DNA from: Patescibacteria group bacterium
GTDB lineage: Bacteria; Patescibacteriota; Patescibacteriia; Patescibacteriales; UBA12465
Length of the DNA stretch: 64,000 nt
NCBI GenBank assembly: GCA_041649315.1
Contig: JBAZNJ010000003.1
Coordinates: 38,690-102,689 of the forward strand
Reading direction: 5' to 3'
Shown piece by piece: positions 19,115 to 27,495 of the stretch. The position numbers and the translations under genes are program-made. How positions within the stretch are numbered: position 1 is the first letter of the stretch; every line of letters starts with the position of its first letter. The notes below the pieces were generated by a model, which was not told the DNA's origin, made no database searches, and saw only the letters and a list, made by a program, of their open reading frames with translations.

Positions 19115-20935
19115 ATGAAAATCTGGCAAGTATCGCCAAAAATTAAAGATGATTTCATCGCCGCTCATCCGGATATTAATCCGGTCGTTTTGCAGTTGCT
19201 TCATAACTGCGGGCTCACCGATGTCGCGGCAATCAAATTATTTTTAGACAGTGAATTGCCGGCGGAATTATCCCGTCGGATCGGCGAGCCGGATGGGCCG
19301 ATTTTTTATGATCCTTTTTTGTTTAAAAACATGGCCGCGGCCGCGGAGCTGATTATTTCCCATCTTAAAGCCGGAAACAAGATTATGGTTTATGGGGATT
19401 ATGACGCGGACGGCGTAACTTCTTCCGTTATTCTTTTGGAAACTTTAAAGATTTTAGGCGGCGAAGCCGATGTTTATTTGCCGGATCGGGTTTCCGAGGG
19501 CTATGGGCTTAATAAAGAGGCGATTGATCAGATTGCCGCGCAGGATTTTAAATTAATCATTACCGTTGATAACGGGATTCGGAACAAGGAAGAAGCGGCT
19601 TACGCGCGAGAATGCGGTTTGGAACTAATTATCACTGACCATCATATTTTGCCGGAAGATCGCGCTGATTTACCTAATTGCCCGCATATCAATCCATCCG
19701 ATTCAGAGGATAATTATCCTTGGCCATATTTGGCCGGGGTCGGCGTAGCTTTTAAATTGATCTGCGCGCTTTTAAGCCAAGCGAAAATCGCGGAGCAGCA
19801 AAAGAAATTGATCGCGGAAAAATGTTTGGATTTAGTAGCGGTTGGGACGGTCGCGGACATGGTTAATCTTTTGGGAGAAAATCGGCTGCTCGTTAAAAGC
19901 GGTTTGGAGGTTTTGAATAAAAATAAGCGTTTGGGATTAGTTGAATTAATAAAAATTTCTAAGATAAATAACAGCCGGCCGCTTGAGGCCTGGAATATCG
20001 GCTGGCAAATCGGTCCGCGCCTTAACGCGGCGAGCCGTTTAGCTCATGCTAATAGTGCTTTTACTTTGTTGACTACGACTGATCAAGCCGAGGCGAGTGC
20101 CTTGGCCGCGGAACTGCATCAGCGTAATTTGAGCCGCCAGGAAATTACCGCGGAAATTAGCGCGGCCGTAGAAGAACAGATTGATCCGGATAATCTGCCG
20201 CCGCTTATTATCGGTTTAGCCGGGGAGGACCAGATTTGGAACGAAGGGGTAATCGGCTTGGTCGCCGGACGGATTGCCGATAAATACCATCGTCCGACTT
20301 TGATTATTACCCGTTTGGTTGAGGAAGCGGAATTTGATCCGGCGACGGAAAAATTAGTGCCGAAAAAATTATCTTTTAAAGGTTCAGGCCGTTCGATTGA
20401 AGGTTTTAACATGATTGCGGCCATAGAAGATTGTGCTGAATTGCTCGATAAGTACGGCGGCCATCCGATGGCCTGCGGTTTTTCGCTTATCGGAGAAGAA
20501 AAACTTGAAAAATTCAAGGAACGGATAATAGCCGCGGCTGGCGCGAAATTAAGCGCGGCCGACTTGATCCCGAAATTAGCGATTGACGCCGAGCTGGCTT
20601 GGCCGGAGCTCGGCTTGGATTTAGCGGAGAAGATTTCTGCGCTCGCGCCTTTCGGCCAGAATAATCCCCAGCCGCGTTTTGTTTCTTATGATTTGCGAGT
20701 TAATGATATTGTTACCATGGGTGTTGATAACCAGCATATTAAACTCCGCTTGTCCGCGGCAGAAGGAGAAGGCCGGCTTAACTCCTGTTGGGCCTTGGCG
20801 TTTGGCGCGGCGGAAGAGTATAAAAAAATAAAGATCGGCGATCGCCTTGATCTTGTTTATTATCTTGAAATCAACGAATTCAACGGCCGGAGGGAAGCGC
20901 AGTTGAAGATGATTGATTTAAAGGTGAGAAAGTAG
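19115..20935 (+). CDS. recJ: Single-stranded-DNA-specific exonuclease RecJ
   Basis: DHH-family motifs are present: VYGDYDADGVTSS, ITVDNG, ITDHH. The DHHA1 region is GGHPMACGFS. Confidence 0.9.
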   Translation: MKIWQVSPKIKDDFIAAHPDINPVVLQLLHNCGLTDVAAIKLFLDSELPAELSRRIGEPDGPIFYDPFLFKNMAAAAELIISHLKAGNKIMVYGDYDADGVTSSVILLETLKILGGEADVYLPDRVSEGYGLNKEAIDQIAAQDFKLIITVDNGIRNKEEAAYARECGLELIITDHHILPEDRADLPNCPHINPSDSEDNYPWPYLAGVGVAFKLICALLSQAKIAEQQKKLIAEKCLDLVAVGTVADMVNLLGENRLLVKSGLEVLNKNKRLGLVELIKISKINNSRPLEAWNIGWQIGPRLNAASRLAHANSAFTLLTTTDQAEASALAAELHQRNLSRQEITAEISAAVEEQIDPDNLPPLIIGLAGEDQIWNEGVIGLVAGRIADKYHRPTLIITRLVEEAEFDPATEKLVPKKLSFKGSGRSIEGFNMIAAIEDCAELLDKYGGHPMACGFSLIGEEKLEKFKERIIAAAGAKLSAADLIPKLAIDAELAWPELGLDLAEKISALAPFGQNNPQPRFVSYDLRVNDIVTMGVDNQHIKLRLSAAEGEGRLNSCWALAFGAAEEYKKIKIGDRLDLVYYLEINEFNGRREAQLKMIDLKVRK

Positions 20936-20980
20936 TATTTTAATTAGACCCTATTAAAATTAGACATAATTTTAAAAAAT

Positions 20981-22108
20981 ATGAACAACGATCTAGAAAA
21001 ATTTAATTTAACGAATAAACCCAAAGAACCATCTTCCGAGCTATCTTTAGAGGATGGAATAGATGATCACGAAAAAGAAAGTGATAGTGAAAAAATGGAG
21101 CAAAAGCCCCAGAATGATTTACGTGTAAAAAATATAAACAATGAAATAGATCGAAATTTTTCTAGAAGCGAGAATTATGAAGAAATTTCTCGTGTTACCG
21201 ATAAAGCGGTTCAGATTATTGAAAGTTTGCCGGCGGAAAAGAAAGAAGAAAAATGGCAAGAATTTGAAAAATTAATAGGAGCCGGCGCCGACCCTTATTA
21301 TTTTAAAGAATTTCACGATTCCTTATTGGAATATCGAAAAACTTTAAAAACAGAGAGTAAATTAGTCGATAAAGATATTCCAATAGAAGATCGGATTAAT
21401 GAGGCTAAATCATTTGAGGATTTAGAATTGATATTGGATAAAAGTGATGGTTTGATAGGTTCAAATAATGAATTTTCTTCATCGGAATTAAAAAAGATTA
21501 TTTCTGATGTGAGAGAATTTAAAATTCCAATTGATGCCGTTACTAGAACTGGCGGCCTTCGGTCTAAAGTGCTGGGGCTGTTGGCTGAACCAGAAAGTAA
21601 TAAAGCGACAATGCGCGCAGAAGTAGTTACGCCACAAGGATCGCAAACATGGGAGACGCAATATACCCCAAATCGCGAGATAATCAGACTTAATCGCGGT
21701 CGCGGTTGGGAAATAGTCAATTCAGAGGATCTTCAAAATATATACAAAGAGGTGAAGTCTTTAGAAATGGATCAGGATATAGACGCTTGGCGTCTATATC
21801 AAAATGAGTTAGGAAAAATTTCGGCGGTCGGTTCTCCTAATGTCGGCGAGATCGGAAATAAAATGAATGCTTTAAAAAAATCTTGGGAAGATAAATTTTT
21901 GTATAAGCCGCAGTCATTAGATGAAATCAAAGCAAATTTAGTGATGCTTTATAACAAAATTAAAACTCCAGCTTATGCTGAATTAATAAAATTTATAGAT
22001 GAGGACGAAGCGACGACCGCCGAAATGATGAAGAGAATAGAGAGCGCGGGAACCGGAGGTAAACCGTCTTTAATTGAGAAAATCGCTCGATTAAGAAAAA
22101 TTTTATAA
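20981..22108 (+). CDS. Hypothetical acidic protein (no recognisable domain)
   Basis: 375-aa ORF, AT-rich and Glu/Lys/Asp-rich, with no signal peptide. It is separated by 8 nt from the following HExxH gene. Confidence 0.5.
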   Translation: MNNDLEKFNLTNKPKEPSSELSLEDGIDDHEKESDSEKMEQKPQNDLRVKNINNEIDRNFSRSENYEEISRVTDKAVQIIESLPAEKKEEKWQEFEKLIGAGADPYYFKEFHDSLLEYRKTLKTESKLVDKDIPIEDRINEAKSFEDLELILDKSDGLIGSNNEFSSSELKKIISDVREFKIPIDAVTRTGGLRSKVLGLLAEPESNKATMRAEVVTPQGSQTWETQYTPNREIIRLNRGRGWEIVNSEDLQNIYKEVKSLEMDQDIDAWRLYQNELGKISAVGSPNVGEIGNKMNALKKSWEDKFLYKPQSLDEIKANLVMLYNKIKTPAYAELIKFIDEDEATTAEMMKRIESAGTGGKPSLIEKIARLRKIL

Positions 22109-22116
22109 TATAAGTT

Positions 22117-22740
22117 ATGATTATAGAGGAGATGCCGCCAATCAATTCCCGAATTAATTTGTCGACGGAAAAACCGGCTGATCAGGAGGGTGATTTTGCT
22201 TTGGAAAATTATCTTCAGGATTATCTTGATTTAAAGAAGGGAGAAACAGAAAAGATAAAATTACAGGCCGCGGAAAATTTGGCGGAAGATTATCGTAATC
22301 AGTATGAATTTCTTAAAGATGAACGACTAAAAGATATAAAAATCGCGGTTATTCCTGATAATTTGTGGATAAAAGGAGAACAGCCGTCCGAATCACACGC
22401 GGAGAAAAGTTTGATTTTATTCAAACAAAGTTATTATGAGAATCAAGATAAACCCGATGAAATCGCGTGGCTGACTCATGAATTGGCGCATTGTCAAAAT
22501 TTTATGGCCGTTGGTTCAGAAGCGATTTATGAAAAAAATCAGCAAATTTTTGCTTTTGAAGATTTGGGCGGTGAATATTCCTACCCTAATAATTTAGTTG
22601 AACAGTCAGCTTTTACTGAGCAGTTTAAATATTTAAAACAGAGCGGTAAGAATAAAGAGGAGATTAAGGAGCTTTTGAAGAAATATTATCATCAAGAAGA
22701 TTTCGCTTTTTTTGAAAGATTATTAGATAAAGTTTTTTAA
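22117..22740 (+). CDS. Putative Zn-metallopeptidase-like protein (HExxH; DUF4157-like motif context)
   Basis: The motif LILFKQSYYENQDKPDEIAWLTHELAHCQNF resembles the '...HEL(A/T)H(V/C)xQ' signature of DUF4157-type domains. The protein is small (207 aa) and has no signal peptide. Confidence 0.5.
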   Translation: MIIEEMPPINSRINLSTEKPADQEGDFALENYLQDYLDLKKGETEKIKLQAAENLAEDYRNQYEFLKDERLKDIKIAVIPDNLWIKGEQPSESHAEKSLILFKQSYYENQDKPDEIAWLTHELAHCQNFMAVGSEAIYEKNQQIFAFEDLGGEYSYPNNLVEQSAFTEQFKYLKQSGKNKEEIKELLKKYYHQEDFAFFERLLDKVF

Positions 22741-22756
22741 GATGTATAAGTTATAA

Positions 22757-22832
22757 AATTAAAACCATCCTCCTTGCGGAGGATGGTCCTGGGATGTAAT
22801 ACCCTATCAGTTCTATGGCAGAACCGATAGAC
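22757..22832 (-). ncRNA. Candidate ~75-nt small RNA (own promoter, two hairpins, U-tail)
   Basis: A minus-strand promoter reads TTGATT (plus 22862-22867), 17 nt, TATATT (plus 22839-22844). Hairpin 1 spans 22804-22830: an 11-bp stem whose only non-Watson-Crick pair is G.U on the minus strand but A.C on the plus strand. Hairpin 2 is CCATCCTCC/GGAGGATGG (22765-22786), followed on the minus strand by UUUUAAUUUU. Confidence 0.35.
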
Positions 22833-22918
22833 ATAAATAATATACCAGTTATTTGTTTAAAAATCAATAGTTATAAATTAGCTAATATAATTAAAACAAT
22901 ATAAATAATTTTTAATCT

Positions 22919-23326
22919 ATGAAACTAACTATTTATTCCGACGGCGGGGCGCGGGGCAATCCCGGTCCGGCCGGAATCGGGGCCGTGCTTTATGGCGCCG
23001 AGCGGCGCGTGGTTGCGGAAGTTTCCGACTATCTCGGCGTGGCGACCAATAATCAGGCGGAATATAAGGCGCTTATTGCCGCTTTAAAAAAAGCCGCGTC
23101 TTTAAACGCGACTGAAGCGGATTGTTATTTAGATAGCGAGCTCGTGGTTAAGCAGTTAAATCGCGAGTATCGGGTTAAAGACAAGGATTTAGCACCGTTA
23201 TTTTTAGAAATTCATAATTTAAGCTTGAATTTCCGGAAAATTACTTATACCCATATTCCGCGGGAACGGAATAAAGAAGCGGACCGTTTAGCGAATGCGG
23301 CGATGGATCGGGGGCAGAGTCTTTAA
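22919..23326 (+). CDS. rnhA: Ribonuclease HI
   Basis: IYSDGGARGNPGPAGIG ... NNQAEYKALIAAL ... DSELVVKQL ... RERNKEADRLAN carries the DEDD catalytic-residue pattern of type-1 RNase H. Confidence 0.85.
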   Translation: MKLTIYSDGGARGNPGPAGIGAVLYGAERRVVAEVSDYLGVATNNQAEYKALIAALKKAASLNATEADCYLDSELVVKQLNREYRVKDKDLAPLFLEIHNLSLNFRKITYTHIPRERNKEADRLANAAMDRGQSL

Positions 23327-24213
23327 TTTTCAATTTTAAATCTTTTAATATTTTCTTCAGCCAGTTTTTGGACAATAGCAATCTCGGACGCTTTTAAATG
23401 TTTGAAGCGTCCTTGTTTTTTTAGATATTCATTAACCGGTTTAGCTTTGAAATTAGCGGTAATACTGGAAGCGGCCAGTTTTCCGTCGCGGAATTCTAAT
23501 AATGGAAACAATCCGGTGTTCACCGCTAATTTCCCCATATGTGCTGCTTCGTCATAGCCGATTTTCCAACCTGGGACGCAAGGGCAGAGTATCTGAAGAT
23601 AGCTCGGACCAGGTGTGGCTAAAGCGGCCCTGACTTTCGCCGTAATATCGTCCGGGAAACCAGCCGCGCTTTGAGCAACATATTTTAAGCCGTGCGCCAA
23701 GGCAATAGTGATCATATCTTTTTTCCGTTGAGTCGAGCCGATGGATTTTAAACCGGCCGGCGTGGTTGTGGTTGAGGCGCCGTAAGGGGTTGCGCCCGAG
23801 GCCTGAATGCCGGTATTAGAATAGGCTTCGGTATCGTAGCAGATATAAAGAATGTTTTCGCCGCGTTCCCACATGCCGCTAATCAGTCCGAAGCCGATAT
23901 CATAAGTGCCGCCGTCGCCGGCCTGGACAATGACTTTTGTTTTTTTATCGCCTTTCTGTTTTAAAGCCGCTAAAATTCCGGAAGCGACCGCGGCGGCATT
24001 TTCAAATAGAGAATGAATCCAAGGTAAGCCCCAAGAACTTTGTGGATAAGCAGTCGTCGTTACTTCCAGACAGCCGGTCGCATTAGCAATAATTGTATTT
24101 TTATCTAATCCCCGCATCACCGCTTGCGCCGCAGACAGCTGGCCACAGCCGGCACAGGCGTTATGACCGGGGGAGAGAAAATGTTTATTACTGCGGTTTT
24201 TTACTTTCTTCAT
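23323..24213 (-). CDS. porB: Pyruvate (2-oxoacid):ferredoxin oxidoreductase, beta subunit (TPP-binding)
   Basis: PGHNACAGCGQ is the N-terminal Cys motif. GDGGTYDIGFG is the TPP-binding GDG motif. It is the last gene of the por string on the minus strand. Confidence 0.9.
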   Translation of the reverse strand: MKKVKNRSNKHFLSPGHNACAGCGQLSAAQAVMRGLDKNTIIANATGCLEVTTTAYPQSSWGLPWIHSLFENAAAVASGILAALKQKGDKKTKVIVQAGDGGTYDIGFGLISGMWERGENILYICYDTEAYSNTGIQASGATPYGASTTTTPAGLKSIGSTQRKKDMITIALAHGLKYVAQSAAGFPDDITAKVRAALATPGPSYLQILCPCVPGWKIGYDEAAHMGKLAVNTGLFPLLEFRDGKLAASSITANFKAKPVNEYLKKQGRFKHLKASEIAIVQKLAEENIKRFKIEN

Positions 24214-24300
24214 AGTTGTACAATTTAACGGAGTTTTATTTTTTATTTATAGTTTAAAAATATTAGATGTATTATTGATAAATCACGATTATTATCCTGT

Positions 24301-25227
24301 TTAGTATTCACCTCCGGCTCCGTGCTCTGTTGAAAAAACACATTGTTGATTAGCGTCACATTTTTGACCCCAATAAAATTCAGAAGTGAATTTTTCAGTT
24401 TCATTAATCCCCGCAAATAATTTACAGATTGATTCACAAGTGTCTGGGAGAATTTTTTCATTATAGTTTTTTTCATCAGAACATTTTATTTGTGTTGAAG
24501 ACATTACACCCCTTTTAACTAAGCATCGGCAACAACCCGTGTCGACACAGGTTGAAAGAATGCCCGTTGTTGATGTTAATATTTTTCCTTTTTCATAAAA
24601 TTGGCCATTAAGTTTTTCGCACTCTTTTTGAGATGTAGGACTTTTTGCTGTTAATTCGCCGTTGAGAGAATAATTACAACAAGATTCTAAGCTTGTTTCT
24701 TCAAACATTTTAACCTCAATCGCCTTCAGCTCCACCAAATCCGGATTAATCGTATTTAATATTAACCAGGCGCCGAGTAAAATTCCGGTGCCGACGATAC
24801 TACCGGTAATTAATTCTTTGGCTTGGGCGATTTTAGAATCATTGCCGGCCGAAGTGAGCCAGAGGATTCCGCCGGCCATTAAAACAACGGCCGCTAAAAT
24901 TCCAACGACTGCGATGCCGTAATTATAAATTGCTTTGACATAGCGGGCCAGGAGAGTGCTGGTAGTTTCTCCGGTCGCGTCGCTGTAAGAGCCGGATTTT
25001 ATATATGTTTCAGCTTTAAAATCTGAATCCGGAATTCCGACTTGAGGGTAAAAGTTAATTGGAGTCGGGTCAGTCTTTTTAAATATGCTCGGTTTTTCTT
25101 CTCGTTGTGTCTCCGTCTCTTGCGCCTCCGCCGGTTTAACTGCTAACAACATTCCGCCGATTTGGAACGCGAAACAGAGGACTAAGGCAAGCTTAAAGAT
25201 TTTTGATTTTTTAAATTTTAGCTTCAT
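24301..25227 (-). CDS. TrbC/VirB2-type (T4SS-like) pilin-like protein with cysteine-rich C-terminal extension
   Basis: There is a signal peptide (…AVKPAEA/QE). A two-TM hairpin follows: YGIAVVGILAAVVLMAGGILWLT - SAGNDSKIAQAKELI - TGSIVGTGILLGAWLILNTINPDL. A ~130-aa tail then carries 12 Cys (SCC, GCCRC, etc.). Confidence 0.55.
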   Translation of the reverse strand: MKLKFKKSKIFKLALVLCFAFQIGGMLLAVKPAEAQETETQREEKPSIFKKTDPTPINFYPQVGIPDSDFKAETYIKSGSYSDATGETTSTLLARYVKAIYNYGIAVVGILAAVVLMAGGILWLTSAGNDSKIAQAKELITGSIVGTGILLGAWLILNTINPDLVELKAIEVKMFEETSLESCCNYSLNGELTAKSPTSQKECEKLNGQFYEKGKILTSTTGILSTCVDTGCCRCLVKRGVMSSTQIKCSDEKNYNEKILPDTCESICKLFAGINETEKFTSEFYWGQKCDANQQCVFSTEHGAGGEY

Positions 25228-25309
25228 ATATTTTTTATCATTTGATGAATGCTTGGCTTGATAAATAATCCGCTTGCCAGGTGATTGCAGAAAACTACAA
25301 TTTAAATTT

Positions 25310-26497
25310 TTATTTTCCGATAAATTTTATTTCACTCTCGCCAGTTTTTTTATTCCGTCGGTTAACGTCGGTGATAATATTGCGAATAATTTTTCCGGTC
25401 ACGTCTCGGCCGCCGAGTCCGACAACATAATTTTTAATATTAAATCTCGCCGCTCCGGCTTTCCCGTCGCAAACTAGCGCCGCTTTTAAATCCGAATATA
25501 AAGGTCCGGCCTGGCCTAAATTTATGGCTTTTTCTAAAACCGCAATATTTTTCGCGCGGACGAGCGCTTTGATTATTTCTTTGCCCGGGAAGGGGCGGTA
25601 AACTTTTATGTTTAAAACCCCGACTTTTTTTTGGGTTTTAATTGTTTCCCGAATTGTGCCGACCATTGAGCCCATGGCGACTAAAATCGTGGCCGGATTT
25701 TTCGGGCCGTAGTATTCAGTCAGACCGTCGCCCGCGCCTATAATTTCTCGGCCGATAATTCTTTGTGCGTTTTTATATTCTTTTTTTATAACGCTTAAAG
25801 CGGCGCGCAAATCCTCGTGTAAAGCTTCCCGGGTTTCCATATAATATTCCGGTGGGAAGAAAGCGCCGAAAGTTTGCGGCGCAGCCGGATTAAGGTATTC
25901 GGTTTTTCCCGGCTGGTAAGGCGGCAGATATTTTCTGATTAAATTAGCACGAGGTATAATTACCGGTTCATAAGAATGAGTTAAAATAAAACCATCAACA
26001 TTAATCATCACTGGCAGTTTTAATTTTTCCGCGAGCTTATAAGCGAGTAGATGTTGAGCGATCGCTTCCTGGCCGTTGACCGCAAAAAGCTGGATCCAGC
26101 CGGCATCACGAATAGCCATCACGTCGCCATGGTCACACCAAATATTTATCGGACTAGAAACGGCGCGATTGGCGCAGGTTATTACGATCGGCAAGCGTAA
26201 GCCGGCGATATTATATAAAACTTCGGTCATCAGCAGAAGACCTTGTGAGCTGGTCGCGCTATAAGTCCGAACGCCGCCGGCGCTGGCGCCAAGCACGATT
26301 GAGGCGGCCGCGAATTCGCTTTCCGCCCGGACATATTCATATTTTGCCTGTCCGTCAGCTTTAAATTGCGCTAAATCTTCAACGATATGCGTTTGCGGCG
26401 TGATCGGATAAGCGGAGACCACGGCCGGCGCGATATTCTTAATCGTTAAAGCAATCGCCCGCGAGCCCTCTAAAATTTGTTTTTTATTCTTGGCCAT
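25310..26497 (-). CDS. porA: Pyruvate (2-oxoacid):ferredoxin oxidoreductase, alpha subunit
   Basis: 395 aa with GSRAIALTIKNIAPAVVSAYPITPQT ... SEFAAASIVLGASAGGVRTYSATSSQGL, typical of the PorA/VorA N-terminus. Confidence 0.9.
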   Translation of the reverse strand: MAKNKKQILEGSRAIALTIKNIAPAVVSAYPITPQTHIVEDLAQFKADGQAKYEYVRAESEFAAASIVLGASAGGVRTYSATSSQGLLLMTEVLYNIAGLRLPIVITCANRAVSSPINIWCDHGDVMAIRDAGWIQLFAVNGQEAIAQHLLAYKLAEKLKLPVMINVDGFILTHSYEPVIIPRANLIRKYLPPYQPGKTEYLNPAAPQTFGAFFPPEYYMETREALHEDLRAALSVIKKEYKNAQRIIGREIIGAGDGLTEYYGPKNPATILVAMGSMVGTIRETIKTQKKVGVLNIKVYRPFPGKEIIKALVRAKNIAVLEKAINLGQAGPLYSDLKAALVCDGKAGAARFNIKNYVVGLGGRDVTGKIIRNIITDVNRRNKKTGESEIKFIGK

Positions 26498-26506
26498 AAT
26501 TTTATC

Positions 26507-26791
26507 TTAGTAATCCTTTTCTCGCTGGATTGCTTTGACCGGACATTGGTGCACGCAGAGGCCGCAGCCCTTACAGTAATCATAGTTTATTTCCGGCTTA
26601 AGTTTATTCGGAGATTTCTTTTGTTTTTTCATTTCAATGCATCCCTCCGGGCAGAGCTTGGCGCAGAGTGAACAGCCGATACAAATATCATGGTCAATGA
26701 CCGGCCGATAAGTCCGCCAGGCGCCGGTTTTGTTCGCCAGGGAAGTATTCGGTTCCGCGTTCAGCTTAGATTTTTTTATTACTTTTTTCAT
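26507..26791 (-). CDS. porD: Pyruvate:ferredoxin oxidoreductase, delta subunit (2x[4Fe-4S] ferredoxin)
   Basis: Two CxxCxxCxxxCP clusters are present: CIGCSLCAKLCP and CKGCGLCVHQCP. Confidence 0.85.
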   Translation of the reverse strand: MKKVIKKSKLNAEPNTSLANKTGAWRTYRPVIDHDICIGCSLCAKLCPEGCIEMKKQKKSPNKLKPEINYDYCKGCGLCVHQCPVKAIQREKDY

Positions 26792-26862
26792 ACTATTTTT
26801 ATAATTTTCAGGAAATCACCGACGGCGATAATGTGTATAATGTTTGTGAAGGCATTTTGATA

Positions 26863-27426
26863 TTATCGTCCGGCCTTATCAACAGCCAAAATGTTTTTTT
26901 TAATTATTTCTTTACCCTTGTCCGCGAATTTTTCCTTGATTGCTTTTTCTAAAGCGGGTAGGGAAATTATTTTAGTATATTTAGCTAAGGCGCCGAGGAT
27001 GACCGTGTTAACAATATTTTTTCCAAAGATTTCAAGGGCGATTTCTGTGGCCGGAGAAAAATAGAGATTTTTAAATTTCTTTTTTAAACTTGGCCAGCGG
27101 TTAGCCGGCGCGTTAATGATTATTTTTGTATCCGGCGTACAGCCGGCAAAAATTCCTTGAGTAAGCGCATTTTTTTTCTTTAGTGCTTCATCAACTAAAG
27201 TCGGATCCTGGATAAGCAGAACAGTCGGCGCGTAAACCTGTTCGCGGGTAAGGATTGGCCGGTGCGAAACGCGGGCGTAGGATTGGATCGGCGCGCCGCT
27301 CCGTTCCACGCCGAAATTAGGGAAGCTTTGCGCTTCCCGGCCGGAGTAAAAAGCGGCGATAGCAATCAGTTCGGCGGCCGTGACTACTCCTTGGCCGCCG
27401 CGCCCATGAACACGAATTTGCTCCAT
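26863..27426 (-). CDS. porG: Pyruvate:ferredoxin oxidoreductase, gamma subunit
   Basis: The N-terminus IRVHGRGGQGVVTAAELIA and the 187-aa size are typical of PorG. It is the first gene of a G-D-A-(x)-B order. Confidence 0.85.
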   Translation of the reverse strand: MEQIRVHGRGGQGVVTAAELIAIAAFYSGREAQSFPNFGVERSGAPIQSYARVSHRPILTREQVYAPTVLLIQDPTLVDEALKKKNALTQGIFAGCTPDTKIIINAPANRWPSLKKKFKNLYFSPATEIALEIFGKNIVNTVILGALAKYTKIISLPALEKAIKEKFADKGKEIIKKNILAVDKAGR

Positions 27427-27495
27427 ATTGTAAGTTTAATATTTTAGGGGTTTTATTTCTCCGGACTTGATTTGCCCTATGAATTTAATCAGGTT

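Noticed and set aside
3895-23326. Minor sequence oddities, including CRISPR-like or minisatellite repeats: TTTCAATTTTTAAT x2 in the rpoB-rpoC spacer (3895-3923) and the 4-bp convergent overlap of the rnhA and porB stop codons (23323-23326)
   Set aside because: The spacer repeat has only two AT-rich copies of 14-15 nt with no spacers, so it is a simple duplication in an AT-rich linker. No CRISPR-like array occurs anywhere in the window. The stop-codon overlap is common in compact genomes and carries no further signal.
24041-24049. Third perfect DnaA box (TGTGGATAA) inside porB
   Set aside because: It is a single box within a conserved coding sequence. About 0.5 perfect 9-mers are expected by chance in 64 kb, and no neighbouring boxes are present.
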